From an uncultured Sphingomonadales bacterium (GTDB lineage: Bacteria; Pseudomonadota; Alphaproteobacteria; Sphingomonadales; Rhodothalassiaceae), in contig CAYYGH010000002.1 of assembly GCA_964471405.1 (NCBI GenBank), positions 4,274 through 68,273 of the forward strand: DNA of 64,000 nt. The letters run 5' to 3'. Positions 9,636 to 19,856 of the stretch are shown piece after piece (the stretch's first letter is position 1; each line of letters begins with the position of its first letter). The notes under the pieces are model-generated. The model saw only the letters and a list, made by a program, of their open reading frames with translations, was not told the DNA's origin and searched no databases. Made by a program: the position numbers and the translations under genes.

Positions 9636-12200
9636 CTAGGCTTCGCGCAACAGGCTGGCGGGCCGCCTGGTGAGCGTCCGCCATCCGATCGCGCCACCAA
9701 ATACGAGCGCCATTGCCAGGCTGGCGGCCAGGGTCGCCAGCGCCACAGGCATCTGCCAGGAAAAGGTCAGCTGCAGGGCCTCGACCACGACGAAGCGGGC
9801 CGCCAGCCCCGAGACGGCAAGGGCCAGTGCGGCCGCCAGCACACCGATGAGGACAAGTTCAAGCAGAAAGGCCCGCAGGACATCGCCGCGGGTCGCTCCC
9901 AGCAGCTTGAGCACTGCCGCCTCATGCTGGCGCAGGCGTTCCTCGGCCGCGATCGCCCCTATGAGAACGACGACTCCGGCCAGCACCGTCAAGAGAGCCG
10001 TCAGGCGGATTGCGGCTGCCATCTGGGCAAGCAGATTCTCCACCGTCTGGAGCACGTCACGCACGCGCACGGCCGTCACCTGCGGAAAGGCGGTCGTGAT
10101 CGCCCGATAGGCCGCCTCCTCGCTGGCCAGGTCAGGGGTGCGCAGGCTTGCCATGTAGGTGAAGGGGGCAGCCGCAAATGTCGCAGGGTCAAAGACGAGA
10201 ACGAAATTGAAGCCGGCACTTCGCCAGGACAATCGGCGCAGCGAGGCGACGGTGGCCGTGATCTCCCGCCCCAGAACCGAAACGGTCAACGTGTCGCCCA
10301 CATTCAGCCCCAGCCCGCGCGCCTCCTCGGCGGAGACCGAAACGAGCGGCGGACCGGCATAATCGGCCGGCCACCAGCGCCCGGCCACCACGACATTGCC
10401 CGGTGGAAGCGCCCGGGCAAAGGTGATTCCGCGATCGCCTCTGAGCACCCAGCGCACCTCGGGCGCCACGGCCTGCGGGTCGGCCGGCCGGCCGGCGAGC
10501 GCCACAATCCGGCCACGCAAAGCCGGCACCAGACGCAAGGCCGTCCGCCCATCGGCGAAGCGGCGGGCCAGTTCGACAAAACGCTGCCGCTCCTGCTTGG
10601 GAATGTCGAGGAAGAAGAAATTGGGTGCCCGTTCCCCCAGATCCCGACGCATTCCGCCCTGCAGATTGCTCTCCACCAGAGCGAGCGTGGCAAACAGGGC
10701 AAGTCCCAGCCCCAAAGAAAGCATGATGCTGGCGCTGCGCCCTCCCGGACGGGCAAGATGGGCAAGCGCAATCTTCCATGCCCCTTTCGGCTGCCGCACC
10801 AGGTGACGCAACGCCCATGGCATCATCGCCGCCAGCCCCCACAACAGGGCAATCGCCAGCGCGGATGCGGCAACGAAGATGGCGGCAAAGCGGGGTTCGG
10901 GCGCGCGCCAGATGGTCACGGCAGCCAGAGCCAGCACAAGGATCCCACTTGCCCATCGGCCTTTCGGGTCCCGCCAGCGTTCCCTGCTGACATGCCAGCG
11001 CCATAAACGGCCGGCCGGCAGAGCCGCCGCACGCCGCAACGGCACCAGGGCGAAGGCCGTGGCGATCATGCTGCCCGCAAAGGCGGCGTGTCCCAACGCG
11101 GCCCATGCGATCCGCGGCCGGTAGGGAACGGGCAGGATCTCGGCCAGCACCGCCTTCACGCCGAAGGGAACCGCAGCCGCCAGAACGAGGCCTGCCAGCA
11201 TGGCGGCCGCCACGATCCCGCCCAGGACCAGTCCGTAGCCGGCGAATACCGTCCGGCGCCCTCCACCCATCAGCTTGATGGTCGCAATCGCCTCCTCGCG
11301 CCGGGCAAGATAGGCCCTGACACCGTTCGCAACCCCCACTCCTCCCAGAAGCAGAGCCGTCAGGCTCACAAGAAGCAGAAAATGACCGAACCGGTCCAGA
11401 AAGCGCCGCAGACCGGGAGCTGCGCGATCGGCCGTGACAATCCGCAGATGGGCATCCGGAAACCGCGCAAGCAGCTGGTCGCGCAATTGCGCCGGCGTCG
11501 GCCCACCAGGCGCCAGCCGCAGCCGATAGGAATAGGTGGCCAGACTCCCGAAAGCGAGCAGACCCGTGCGGGCCGCCGCCTTGCGGGCGATCATGGCGGT
11601 CGGCCCCAGACGCATGCCGGTTGCCAGCCGGTCCGGCTCGTCCCCGAGCAGGGCACGCACGACGAAAACGGCCCGGCCCACCTGCACGCGATCGCCAAGC
11701 CGCACACCAAGGCGTGCTGCAAGCTCGGGTGCGAGAATGATCCCGGGGCCTTCGCTTCCTTCGGCCAGGGCTTGTGCGAGCGTGCGCGGCGGATCAAGCC
11801 GAAGACCGCCATAGAGGGGATAGTGCTCATCCACCGCTCTCAGCAGCGCCAGGGCCGGTGCCGCCGGCTTGCCTACGGCCCGGATGTTCGTGGTCAGCCG
11901 CACCGACTCCTGAACCGTACCATAGCGTGCAAGCAGCTGGCGCAGATCCCGCGGAAGAGGCTGCTGGAGACGCGAGATCATCAGATCGCCCGCCAGCAGA
12001 CGCCGTCCGTTCTCCGCTATTCCCCTCTCAAGATTGTCCTTGACGCTTTCCACCCCGCCAATGGTCACGACACCGATCACAAGACAGGCAATCAGCGTCT
12101 TGAGCTGACGTCCGGCCTGGCGCCATTCGCTGCGCGCAAGCCGCCAGACCGCCCGCCACCCGTCCTTGCCATCTGCAAGCCTGCGCATGCCGCCCCTCAT
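9636..12200 (-). CDS. ABC transporter permease, FtsX-like double domain (YbbP-like)
   Basis: About 854-aa polytopic protein with two FtsX-type permease modules. The ATG at 12198-12200 overlaps the stop of the upstream ATPase gene (ATGA). Confidence 0.85.
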   Translation of the reverse strand: MRGGMRRLADGKDGWRAVWRLARSEWRQAGRQLKTLIACLVIGVVTIGGVESVKDNLERGIAENGRRLLAGDLMISRLQQPLPRDLRQLLARYGTVQESVRLTTNIRAVGKPAAPALALLRAVDEHYPLYGGLRLDPPRTLAQALAEGSEGPGIILAPELAARLGVRLGDRVQVGRAVFVVRALLGDEPDRLATGMRLGPTAMIARKAAARTGLLAFGSLATYSYRLRLAPGGPTPAQLRDQLLARFPDAHLRIVTADRAAPGLRRFLDRFGHFLLLVSLTALLLGGVGVANGVRAYLARREEAIATIKLMGGGRRTVFAGYGLVLGGIVAAAMLAGLVLAAAVPFGVKAVLAEILPVPYRPRIAWAALGHAAFAGSMIATAFALVPLRRAAALPAGRLWRWHVSRERWRDPKGRWASGILVLALAAVTIWRAPEPRFAAIFVAASALAIALLWGLAAMMPWALRHLVRQPKGAWKIALAHLARPGGRSASIMLSLGLGLALFATLALVESNLQGGMRRDLGERAPNFFFLDIPKQERQRFVELARRFADGRTALRLVPALRGRIVALAGRPADPQAVAPEVRWVLRGDRGITFARALPPGNVVVAGRWWPADYAGPPLVSVSAEEARGLGLNVGDTLTVSVLGREITATVASLRRLSWRSAGFNFVLVFDPATFAAAPFTYMASLRTPDLASEEAAYRAITTAFPQVTAVRVRDVLQTVENLLAQMAAAIRLTALLTVLAGVVVLIGAIAAEERLRQHEAAVLKLLGATRGDVLRAFLLELVLIGVLAAALALAVSGLAARFVVVEALQLTFSWQMPVALATLAASLAMALVFGGAIGWRTLTRRPASLLREA

Positions 12201-12892
12201 GCATCCGCTCCGGCAAGCTGGCGGCCTATCCGGCCATCCTCCATCTCCAGCACGCGGGCACAACGACCGGCAAGGGCGGGATCATGCGTGATCAGAACAA
12301 GGGTCGCCCCCCGTGCGGCATGAAGCGCAAAGATGAGATCGATCACCTGTGCACCCGTATGGCGATCAAGATTGCCGGTAGGCTCGTCGGCGAACAGGAT
12401 TTTCGGCCCCGGCGCCAGCGCCCGCGCCAGCGCCACCCGCTGCTGCTCACCACCGGAAAGCTGTGCCGGGTAGTGATGCAGACGATGGGACAGTCCGACC
12501 TCCTCCAGGGCCTCGCGCGCCCGCGCCATGGTCCGGTCTCCCACACCGGCCAATTCAAGGGCGATGGCGACATTCTCCACTGCCGTCATCGTCTCGATCA
12601 GGTGAAAGGCCTGAAGCACGATCCCGATCCGGCGGCGGCGGAAACGGGCAAGCGCATCCTCGTCCATCCCGGTCAGTTCCGCGCCATCCACAAGCACCCG
12701 CCCGCTGCTTGCCCGCTCGATACCCGCCATCACCGCCATCAACGACGACTTGCCCGATCCAGAGGGCCCCAGAATGGCCACCGTTTCACCCCTCTTTATG
12801 TCGAGCGTGATCCCGCGTAGGATCGAGACGGGTCCCGCCAGGGATGGCAATGCCAGTGTCACCCCGTCGAGTGCGATAATGGATTCGCCCAT
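12197..12892 (-). CDS. ABC transporter ATP-binding protein (YbbA-like)
   Basis: Walker A GPSGSGKSS, signature LSGGEQQRVALARA, Walker B ILFADEPTGNLD. Start at MGESIIALDG (ATG 12890-12892). Confidence 0.9.
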   Translation of the reverse strand: MGESIIALDGVTLALPSLAGPVSILRGITLDIKRGETVAILGPSGSGKSSLMAVMAGIERASSGRVLVDGAELTGMDEDALARFRRRRIGIVLQAFHLIETMTAVENVAIALELAGVGDRTMARAREALEEVGLSHRLHHYPAQLSGGEQQRVALARALAPGPKILFADEPTGNLDRHTGAQVIDLIFALHAARGATLVLITHDPALAGRCARVLEMEDGRIGRQLAGADA

Positions 12893-12944
12893 GCTGCCGC
12901 TTTCGTTCTTCCCTAGCCCACGCAGCTTCCGCCGGCCACAAGAG

Positions 12945-13766
12945 ATGATCCGCCGTCTCGAAAAGGATGGCCCAAAGCAGCCGTCCTTGGCCAGAGTTCC
13001 GGTTGCAGGACTTTTGTTTATCCTGTGCCTTCTGCTCCTGCGGCTGCCCTTCTCTTCCCCCGTTCCTTCGGGATGGGCGCGCACACCCCCCTCATCGCCT
13101 CCTTCGACGGGATATCTCATCCTCGGCTTTGGGGACAGTCTGATGGCCGGTTACGGGCTTGATCCCGGCATGGGGTTCGTGCCGCGGCTTGAATCGGCCC
13201 TGCGCGCGGAAGGCCTGGCCGTGACGGTCATCAATGCCGGTGTCTCGGGTGATACCACAAGCGCGGGCCGCGCCCGGCTGAGCTGGGTGCTTGACGGACT
13301 TGCCCGCAAACCCGACCTCGTGCTCCTTGAGCTGGGGGCCAATGATGCCCTGCGGGGAATCGATCCCCGCATCACCCGGGCCAATCTGGACGCCATGCTC
13401 TCCCTGCTTGCGAAGCGGGGCTTGCGCGTGCTGCTTGTCGGCATGCGTGCTCCTCCCAATCTCGGCCCCGAATACCGGCAGGCTTTCGACCGGATCTATC
13501 CCGAGCTGGCAGCCCGCCATCGGACCTGCTTTTACCCCTTCTTTCTGGAAGGCGTGGCGGCGCGCCCCTCGCTCAATCAGGCCGATGGCCTGCATCCCAA
13601 TGCCCGCGGGGTGGAAGAGATCGTGCGGCGGATCGTCCCTGCCGTCCGGCAGGCCCTGATCCAGGGCTGTCCGGGCGAAGGGCATTCTGGCATCACAAGC
13701 CATCCACCCCCATCTGAAGAGGGACGGGAACGACCAGGCCTGTCGTCAGGGCAATCGGACCGATGA
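12945..13766 (+). CDS. SGNH/GDSL arylesterase-thioesterase (TesA-like), secreted
   Basis: Block I ILGFGDSLMAGYG, block III GANDALRG and a C-terminal DGLHPN. Signal-like N-terminus. Divergent from ybbA/ybbP as in the E. coli tesA-ybbA-ybbP arrangement. Confidence 0.85.
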   Translation: MIRRLEKDGPKQPSLARVPVAGLLFILCLLLLRLPFSSPVPSGWARTPPSSPPSTGYLILGFGDSLMAGYGLDPGMGFVPRLESALRAEGLAVTVINAGVSGDTTSAGRARLSWVLDGLARKPDLVLLELGANDALRGIDPRITRANLDAMLSLLAKRGLRVLLVGMRAPPNLGPEYRQAFDRIYPELAARHRTCFYPFFLEGVAARPSLNQADGLHPNARGVEEIVRRIVPAVRQALIQGCPGEGHSGITSHPPPSEEGRERPGLSSGQSDR

Positions 13767-13788
13767 CAACCGGCATGGGAGGCAGCAG

Positions 13789-14412
13789 ATGCGCGTATTC
13801 GTGGGGCTTGAATTGCCGGCCGACTTGCGGGACCGCCTGATGGACCTGTGCGACGGTGTCGATGGCGCCAAGTGGCAGCGCTTCGACCAGTTCCATCTGA
13901 CCCTGCGCTTCATCGGTGAGCTCGACCGCCATCAGCTCGAGGATGTCACCACCGCACTCGCGGATATCCGCTTCGGCCGGTTTCCGATCACGATGAAGGG
14001 GGTCGGCTATTTCGGCACGCTCGCCGAACCGCGAATCCTGTGGGCCGGCGTTGCCGATCCGGAACCGGTGGCGCATCTGGCCCGCAAGGTCAATCAGGCC
14101 CTCAGACGGGCCGGAGTGGCCGAGGAGCCCCGCAAATTCGCCGCACATGTGACCCTTGCCCGCTGCACCCGCCGGACGGGGCCGATCACGCGCTGGTTGA
14201 GCGCTCTTGCCACCTTCCGGGCCGAACCGATCCTGATCGAGCATTTCACGCTGTTCGAAAGCCGGCTCGGCCACGGCGGCGCCGAATACAATGCCGTCGC
14301 CCGCTTCCCGGCGGAAGATGCGGATATGGAAGCCCTTGCGGCGATGCCGTGGTCAGACACCGAAGGAATCGAGGATATGAGCCACCTGGGCGAGGTAGGA
14401 TCCGCCGAATAA
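13789..14412 (+). CDS. thpR: RNA 2',3'-cyclic phosphodiesterase (2H phosphoesterase)
   Basis: MRVFVGLELP..., with two H-x-T/S motifs (FHLTLRF and AHVTLAR). The C-terminal ~20 codons overlap the convergent kinase gene. Confidence 0.85.
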   Translation: MRVFVGLELPADLRDRLMDLCDGVDGAKWQRFDQFHLTLRFIGELDRHQLEDVTTALADIRFGRFPITMKGVGYFGTLAEPRILWAGVADPEPVAHLARKVNQALRRAGVAEEPRKFAAHVTLARCTRRTGPITRWLSALATFRAEPILIEHFTLFESRLGHGGAEYNAVARFPAEDADMEALAAMPWSDTEGIEDMSHLGEVGSAE

Positions 14413-15201
14413 CCGCACATGCACCAGCAGCGGCCAGAGCTGGTAGAGCGCCATCAGGGCGGAATCGGATGCAATGGCCGGTGCTGCGCCCGCTCTTTCC
14501 GCATACCCTTCAAGAAAGGCCCGGTCGAGGGCGCCAAAGAGCGCAAGCATGGCAAGATCCACACCTCCATCCCCCCAGTAGATCGCCGGATCGATGAAGC
14601 CGCACAACCGGCCCGGCGTGCTCAGGATATTGCCGTGCCAGAAATCGCCATGCAGCAGACTCGCCGGCGGCGCAGCCGGCAACCACTCATCCAGAGTGTC
14701 CGCAAGCCGCAGGATCCGCATCACCTCTTTCGCCGGCAGACGCCCCGCCCTTTGCGCCTCCTCGGCCATGGCCACGAGCCGGTGCCGGCCATAGAATGTC
14801 GGCCAGTCATCGGCGGGCGTGTTGTCCTGCGGCAGCGACCCGATCACGACATCCACGGGATAGCCGTAATGCGGTCCGCAATGGGCATGCAGCCCGGCCA
14901 GAGCCCGACCGGCAGCCCTGGCCGCCCGCGCGTCGGCCAACCCGGGGCGCCCTCCCAGATCGGTCATCACCAGCCACTCTCCCTGCCGGGCCACGACCTC
15001 CGGGACCGGGGCATCAGCCGCTGCAAGATCACCCAGCATGCGCGCCTCGATCGCCGCATGAACCGAGCGCTTGGCCACCAGGCGGCGACCGTCCCGAAGC
15101 TCCAGACGTATCACGGGCGCAATGCAGCCCCCACCCAGCGGCGTCAGCCTGCTCAGCATTTCCCGCCCGCCGATCAGCGAAAGAAGATGATCATCGATCA
15201 T
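14353..15201 (-). CDS. fructosamine kinase family protein
   Basis: 282 aa with LLHGDFWHGNIL...IDPAIYWGDGGVDLAML, an aminoglycoside/fructosamine kinase-type catalytic loop. Confidence 0.85.
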   Translation of the reverse strand: MIDDHLLSLIGGREMLSRLTPLGGGCIAPVIRLELRDGRRLVAKRSVHAAIEARMLGDLAAADAPVPEVVARQGEWLVMTDLGGRPGLADARAARAAGRALAGLHAHCGPHYGYPVDVVIGSLPQDNTPADDWPTFYGRHRLVAMAEEAQRAGRLPAKEVMRILRLADTLDEWLPAAPPASLLHGDFWHGNILSTPGRLCGFIDPAIYWGDGGVDLAMLALFGALDRAFLEGYAERAGAAPAIASDSALMALYQLWPLLVHVRLFGGSYLAQVAHILDSFGV

Positions 15202-15366
15202 GGCCTCTCTCCTGGCCGGTTCTCCTTCACGGCAGGACGGGGACGCGCAGGCACCACCCTGCCTGCAAACGCCGGAAGGATCTGCCGGACCATGACCACC
15301 GGAAGAAGACGCACACCCATCGGGCAGGCGGGAGAACGGACATGCCCCCTGTTCCGGCCCGGACGG

Positions 15367-15882
15367 TCAGGTCAGGCTGACACGGCCATCGAAATGGGTA
15401 TTGGCTATGTGGGCGAAGAGCCCGGCAACCCCGCGCTCGATAAGGTCGAAACAGCGGTGAAAGTCCTCTTCCGTGCCGTAGTAGGGATCGGGTACTTCAT
15501 CGAGTGGCACATCCGGCGCGAATGACAGAAGCAGGCGTCGGTCCGCCCGGGCCGCGTTCATCGCCTCCTCGCCGAAGAGCGCCTTCAGACGTTCGAAATT
15601 GCTGCGTTCCATGCCGATGATGTAGTCGAAAGAGACGAGATCTTCCGGGGCGATCTGCCGCGCCCGCAGATGCCCGATATCCACGCCGTATTCGGCCGCC
15701 ACCCGCACGGCGCGTGGATCCGGCGGTTCGCCGACGTGGTAATCCGAGGTGCCGGCACTGTCGACCGTCAGCTGCCGGGGGCCCGTTGTCAGCCCGGCGC
15801 GTTCCGCCAGCGTCTCCAGCACACCCTGGGCCATCGGTGAACGACAGATATTGCCCATGCACAAGAACAGCACCTTGACCAT
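15367..15882 (-). CDS. low molecular weight protein-tyrosine-phosphatase
   Basis: P-loop VLFLCMGNICRSPMAQG (C-x5-R-S) and a downstream DPYYG aspartate loop. Confidence 0.9.
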   Translation of the reverse strand: MVKVLFLCMGNICRSPMAQGVLETLAERAGLTTGPRQLTVDSAGTSDYHVGEPPDPRAVRVAAEYGVDIGHLRARQIAPEDLVSFDYIIGMERSNFERLKALFGEEAMNAARADRRLLLSFAPDVPLDEVPDPYYGTEEDFHRCFDLIERGVAGLFAHIANTHFDGRVSLT

Positions 15883-15947
15883 GGCACCTCACCCCATTCT
15901 TTCTGGACCGGTCTGCGATCCATCCCGACCCGTGGCCGTTTCCCCGG

Positions 15948-18197
15948 TCATTGAAAGCGATTGTTGCGGGGAAATCCAGGTGGCGCAAGCCTCCCCGCGC
16001 CGCCCCGCCTGCCGAGCCAGGGATCGAGGTCGGTAAAGCTGCGCATTCGCCCGCTTTCCCCTCCCATGCGCCAGACCAGGCCGTCGGCCAGCCGGAAGAC
16101 CGTGACGTCACTCAGCTGTCCATCGCGATAGCGCTGAAGAATGACACCGCGACCGCGGGCCATCTGCGGCACCTCGGCAAGCGGAAAGACCAGAAGCTTG
16201 CGGTTGGTGCCGACGACCGCAACATGATCGCCCACCACGGGCACCGCCGCGACAGCCCGCGCGCCTGCGGCCGGCCGCATGACCTGGCGACCGTTGCGGG
16301 TCTGGGCGAGAACCTCCTCCTCGGCCACAACGAAACCACGCCCGTCGGAGGAGGCCACCAGAAGCGCCCCTCCCGGCCGATGCACCCGCAAGGCCACCAC
16401 TTCTTCATCGCCGTTGAGATCGATCATCAGCTTGAGCGGTTCACCATGTCCGCGCCCGCCCGGCAAACGCGTGGCCGGAATGGTGTGCATCCGCCCCGTG
16501 CTGGTGAAAGCCAGCAGCCGGTCGGTGGTATAGGCATGGAAACGGAACCGCTCCTCGTCACCTTCCTTGAAGGCCAGTTTCTGGTCTGCCGGCAGATGGC
16601 CCTTGATCGCCCGCACCCAGCCACGCCGGGAGCAGACGACGGTAATCGGCTCGCGCTCGATGAGCACTTCCTCAAGAGGCTGGGCCGGTGCCTCGGGCGC
16701 CTGGGCAAAACCGGTGCGGCGCGCGCCCAGTGCCGTATCCGGTGCGAACATCTTCTTCACCTCGGCAAAACGGGCACCGAGAGCAGCCCACTGCCGCTTG
16801 GGCGATCCCTGCAGCCGTTCAAGGTCCGCGCGTTCCTTCAGCAGAGCGTCAAGCTCCTTGCGGATTTCCATCTCCTCCAGCTTGCGCAGGGACTTGAGAC
16901 GCATGTTGAGGATTGCCTCGGCCTGGCGCTCCGTGAGTTCGAAACGCGCCATCAAGACCGGCTTGGGCTCGTCCTCATTCCGGATGATGCGGATGACCTC
17001 GTCAAGATTGAGATAGGTGACAAGATAGCCCTCCAGCACCTCCACACGATCGTCGATCTTGGCGAGCCGATGAGCCGTGCGGCGACGCAACACTTCCCGC
17101 TGGTGGTCGAGAAAGGCTTCAAGCGCACCGGCAAGCGAGAGCACCCTGGGCGTGCCATCAAGATCGATGACGTTGAGGTTGAGTGCATAGCGTATCTCAA
17201 GATCGGTAAGCCGGAAGAGCGTCTCCATCAGCAGCTCGGCATCCACATTCCGGCTTTTGGGTTCGAGTACGATGCGAAGATCGGCGGCCGATTCATCGCG
17301 CACATCGGCAAGCATCGGCAGCTTGCGTTCGTTGACGAGGGCCGCCAGCCTTTCGATGAGCCGCGCCTTGTTCACCTGATAGGGGATTTCCGTCACCACG
17401 ATCTGCCAGGTGCCCCGCCCGCTGCGCTCCTTTTCCCAGCGGGCCCGCAGCCGGATGCTGCCCCGCCCCGTCTCATAGGCCTGCGCGATGGCCTCCGGCT
17501 TTTCCACGATGACACCGCCGGTCGGAAAATCCGGTCCCGGAATGCAGCTCATCAGTTCGGCCGTCGAAACCGGGGCGCGGCGCCCCATCCGCGCCTCGAT
17601 CAGCAATTGAAGGGCATCGCAGATTTCCGCGACATTATGCGGCGGGATGTTCGTCGCCATGCCGACCGCAATGCCGGAGGCGCCGTTTGCCAGCAGATTC
17701 GGGAAGGGACCGGGAAAGACGACGGGCTCGCGGTCCTCGTTGTCATAGGTTGCCCGGAAATCGACGGCATCCTCGTCAAGCCCATCCATCAAAAGCAGGG
17801 CCGTCGGGGTGAGCCGCGCCTCGGTATAACGCATGGCCGCCGCATTGTCGCCGTCGATGTTGCCGAAATTGCCCTGTCCCTCGATCAGCGGATACCGCAC
17901 GGAAAAATCCTGCGCCAGCCGCACGAGCGCATCATAGACCGCCTGATCACCATGGGGGTGATATTTGCCGATCACATCTCCCACCACGCGGGCGCATTTC
18001 TTGAAACCGGCCTTCGGGTCCAGCTTGAGCAGCCGCATCGCGTAGAGAATGCGCCGATGCACGGGCTTGAGCCCGTCACGGACATCCGGAAGCGAACGCG
18101 CCATGATGGTTGAGAGCGCATAGGCAAGATAGCGTTCACTGAGCGCCTCGGCGAAGGGCGCCTCCTCGATTCGCTCATCCAGGGGATGGTCGACCAC
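15948..18197 (-). CDS. parC: DNA topoisomerase IV subunit A
   Basis: 749 aa. [30 protein letters not shown] (catalytic Tyr) and a C-terminal beta-pinwheel. GTG start. Confidence 0.93.
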   Translation of the reverse strand: MVDHPLDERIEEAPFAEALSERYLAYALSTIMARSLPDVRDGLKPVHRRILYAMRLLKLDPKAGFKKCARVVGDVIGKYHPHGDQAVYDALVRLAQDFSVRYPLIEGQGNFGNIDGDNAAAMRYTEARLTPTALLLMDGLDEDAVDFRATYDNEDREPVVFPGPFPNLLANGASGIAVGMATNIPPHNVAEICDALQLLIEARMGRRAPVSTAELMSCIPGPDFPTGGVIVEKPEAIAQAYETGRGSIRLRARWEKERSGRGTWQIVVTEIPYQVNKARLIERLAALVNERKLPMLADVRDESAADLRIVLEPKSRNVDAELLMETLFRLTDLEIRYALNLNVIDLDGTPRVLSLAGALEAFLDHQREVLRRRTAHRLAKIDDRVEVLEGYLVTYLNLDEVIRIIRNEDEPKPVLMARFELTERQAEAILNMRLKSLRKLEEMEIRKELDALLKERADLERLQGSPKRQWAALGARFAEVKKMFAPDTALGARRTGFAQAPEAPAQPLEEVLIEREPITVVCSRRGWVRAIKGHLPADQKLAFKEGDEERFRFHAYTTDRLLAFTSTGRMHTIPATRLPGGRGHGEPLKLMIDLNGDEEVVALRVHRPGGALLVASSDGRGFVVAEEEVLAQTRNGRQVMRPAAGARAVAAVPVVGDHVAVVGTNRKLLVFPLAEVPQMARGRGVILQRYRDGQLSDVTVFRLADGLVWRMGGESGRMRSFTDLDPWLGRRGGAGRLAPPGFPRNNRFQ

Positions 18198-18366
18198 GGC
18201 CCTGCAATCTCCTCACCTGCCGGCCGCACGGTGGCTGGCGGCCATTCTCATGAGGAGCTGCATACGATGCCGTCCCCCCGCTTGTCACGGGGGCAGAAGG
18301 GCCAAGCCCGATGGAAAAGAAGAGAGAGGGCCCGCCGGAAGCGGACAATCGCTTCAGGAAATCCGG

Positions 18367-19476
18367 TCAGGCCGCCTTGCGCCGCCCCAGCTTGCCGATG
18401 AGATAGTCGAGATTGTCGGCATCCAGCTCCTGATCGAGCTGCGTGATCACGCGCTCGATCATCACCTGACGAAAGCGCTCGCGATCATCGCCGCCGGTCT
18501 CGGTGAGCTCCTCGCCGATCGCCACCCCGATCTCGACCATCTTGATCAGACTGTCGGGAATGCCGGCCTTCTGGCAGAGTTTCCTGAGCCCCAGCCGCCC
18601 CTTGTCATGGATCAGCTGAAAGGCGTTGGGAATCGGGATGCCGGCCCGCCTGGCGAGCGCGGCCTCGAAGAATGTCATGTCTCCCATGCACAGGGCGCGG
18701 ACGATCAGCGTCGGCGTGAGGCGCCGATTGCGATGGAGCTGATCAACGAGCTCGATGACGTCCGGAGCCTTGATTCCGGGATTGAGCAGGCCGACGGTGG
18801 CCCGTTCCCGGGTCTCCATCACCAGATCAGTCGCCATTGCGTCCGAAAGCTGATGACGGGTGACGAGTTGCGTGCGCAGGTTTTCGGAAACGATGCTCAC
18901 CAGCCGCTCGGCCACGACCAGCGGCAGGGCCGACCGGCTGACGAGCTTCTCCTGAACGGCGGGACTGTCCTTGAACTTCTCAATGACCTTGCCGAAGGTT
19001 TCTTCCGCGATCTCGGCCCCCTCGTTGCCGACCAGGGTGCTGACCACGCGCTCGCTGCCTTCATCGGCGAGCACGTCGGAGACGCGGGCCGAGACCTTCG
19101 GCCGCCTAGCGACCGCGATCTGATGTGCCTCGCCCTTGGTGCGCACGATCTCGATGAGATCCTCGTCACTGAGCACATCGGACAGCTCGATGACGGGCAG
19201 CGCCACCTCTTCAACGTCCTGGGCGAGTGACTTGGCGACATCCTTCGGCAGATCGGGGCTTTCGGCGAGCGTATCGGCCAGAGCCTTGCGCACCCGCACT
19301 TCCGCGTCACGCACCATGGTGCGGAAGATTTCCTCGGCCAGCTTGCGCTCACGCTCACTGAGCTCGCCAGAGCGGAAATAGCTGCCGACCTTGCGCGCCG
19401 TCTCGGCCCGGGTTTCGCCGGACGGCTCTTCCAGCAGACGCGCGACATCCGCCGCGCTCAGGACTGACCCACTCAT
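18367..19476 (-). CDS. DUF2336 domain-containing protein
   Basis: 369-aa helical-repeat protein (RVRKALADTLAESPDLPKDVAKSLAQDVEEVALPVIELS...), typical of the alphaproteobacterial DUF2336 family. Confidence 0.7.
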   Translation of the reverse strand: MSGSVLSAADVARLLEEPSGETRAETARKVGSYFRSGELSERERKLAEEIFRTMVRDAEVRVRKALADTLAESPDLPKDVAKSLAQDVEEVALPVIELSDVLSDEDLIEIVRTKGEAHQIAVARRPKVSARVSDVLADEGSERVVSTLVGNEGAEIAEETFGKVIEKFKDSPAVQEKLVSRSALPLVVAERLVSIVSENLRTQLVTRHQLSDAMATDLVMETRERATVGLLNPGIKAPDVIELVDQLHRNRRLTPTLIVRALCMGDMTFFEAALARRAGIPIPNAFQLIHDKGRLGLRKLCQKAGIPDSLIKMVEIGVAIGEELTETGGDDRERFRQVMIERVITQLDQELDADNLDYLIGKLGRRKAA

Positions 19477-19592
19477 CCACGATCCCCAGATTGGCTTCTC
19501 ATCCGAGAGCGGAAGACTTCAGGAACCTGCATCCCATTCAGCCTACGGACCGCTCCTCGGACAGGGCGAGCCTAGAACGGGAAGGTTAAGCA

Positions 19593-19667
19593 GCCGTAAA
19601 AAACGGCGACGGCAGGCCTTCGGGGGCCGTAAACGAAAGCGACGGGCTCTGCCGGCCTTTCGACGGT
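19593..19667. repeat. two tandem degenerate units in the 380-nt intergenic region
   Basis: Unit 1 (19593-19625) and unit 2 (19626-19667) share the ordered blocks GCCGTAAA, GCGACGG and GGCCTT(T)CG. Confidence 0.5.
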
Positions 19668-19856
19668 TGTCCCCCGCCGGGCTTGCCATTAGCATGCGGC
19701 CGACTGTCAGGGCGGGGCGATTCCGGCCAAGGGGATCAACCCGTATATGCGCATGCTGCAGTCCGGTCGATGTGACGGGCTTGCGGCGGGGTTGGGGTGG
19801 ACAGCGCTCGTGCGTGCTGACCAAGAACAATGAAGACCAGAAAGGGGATAACCGGC

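Noticed and set aside
15951-18113. 720-aa plus-strand ORF
   Set aside because: It is exactly antisense to parC, has low-complexity Arg/Gly/His/Pro composition and no motifs. High-GC antisense artefact.
19477-19856. Glycine riboswitch upstream of the AGCS symporter
   Set aside because: Expected from gene context, but none of the conserved cores (GGAGAG, ACCGAAGGGGCAA, CUCAGGCAAAAGGAC) is present on the plus strand.
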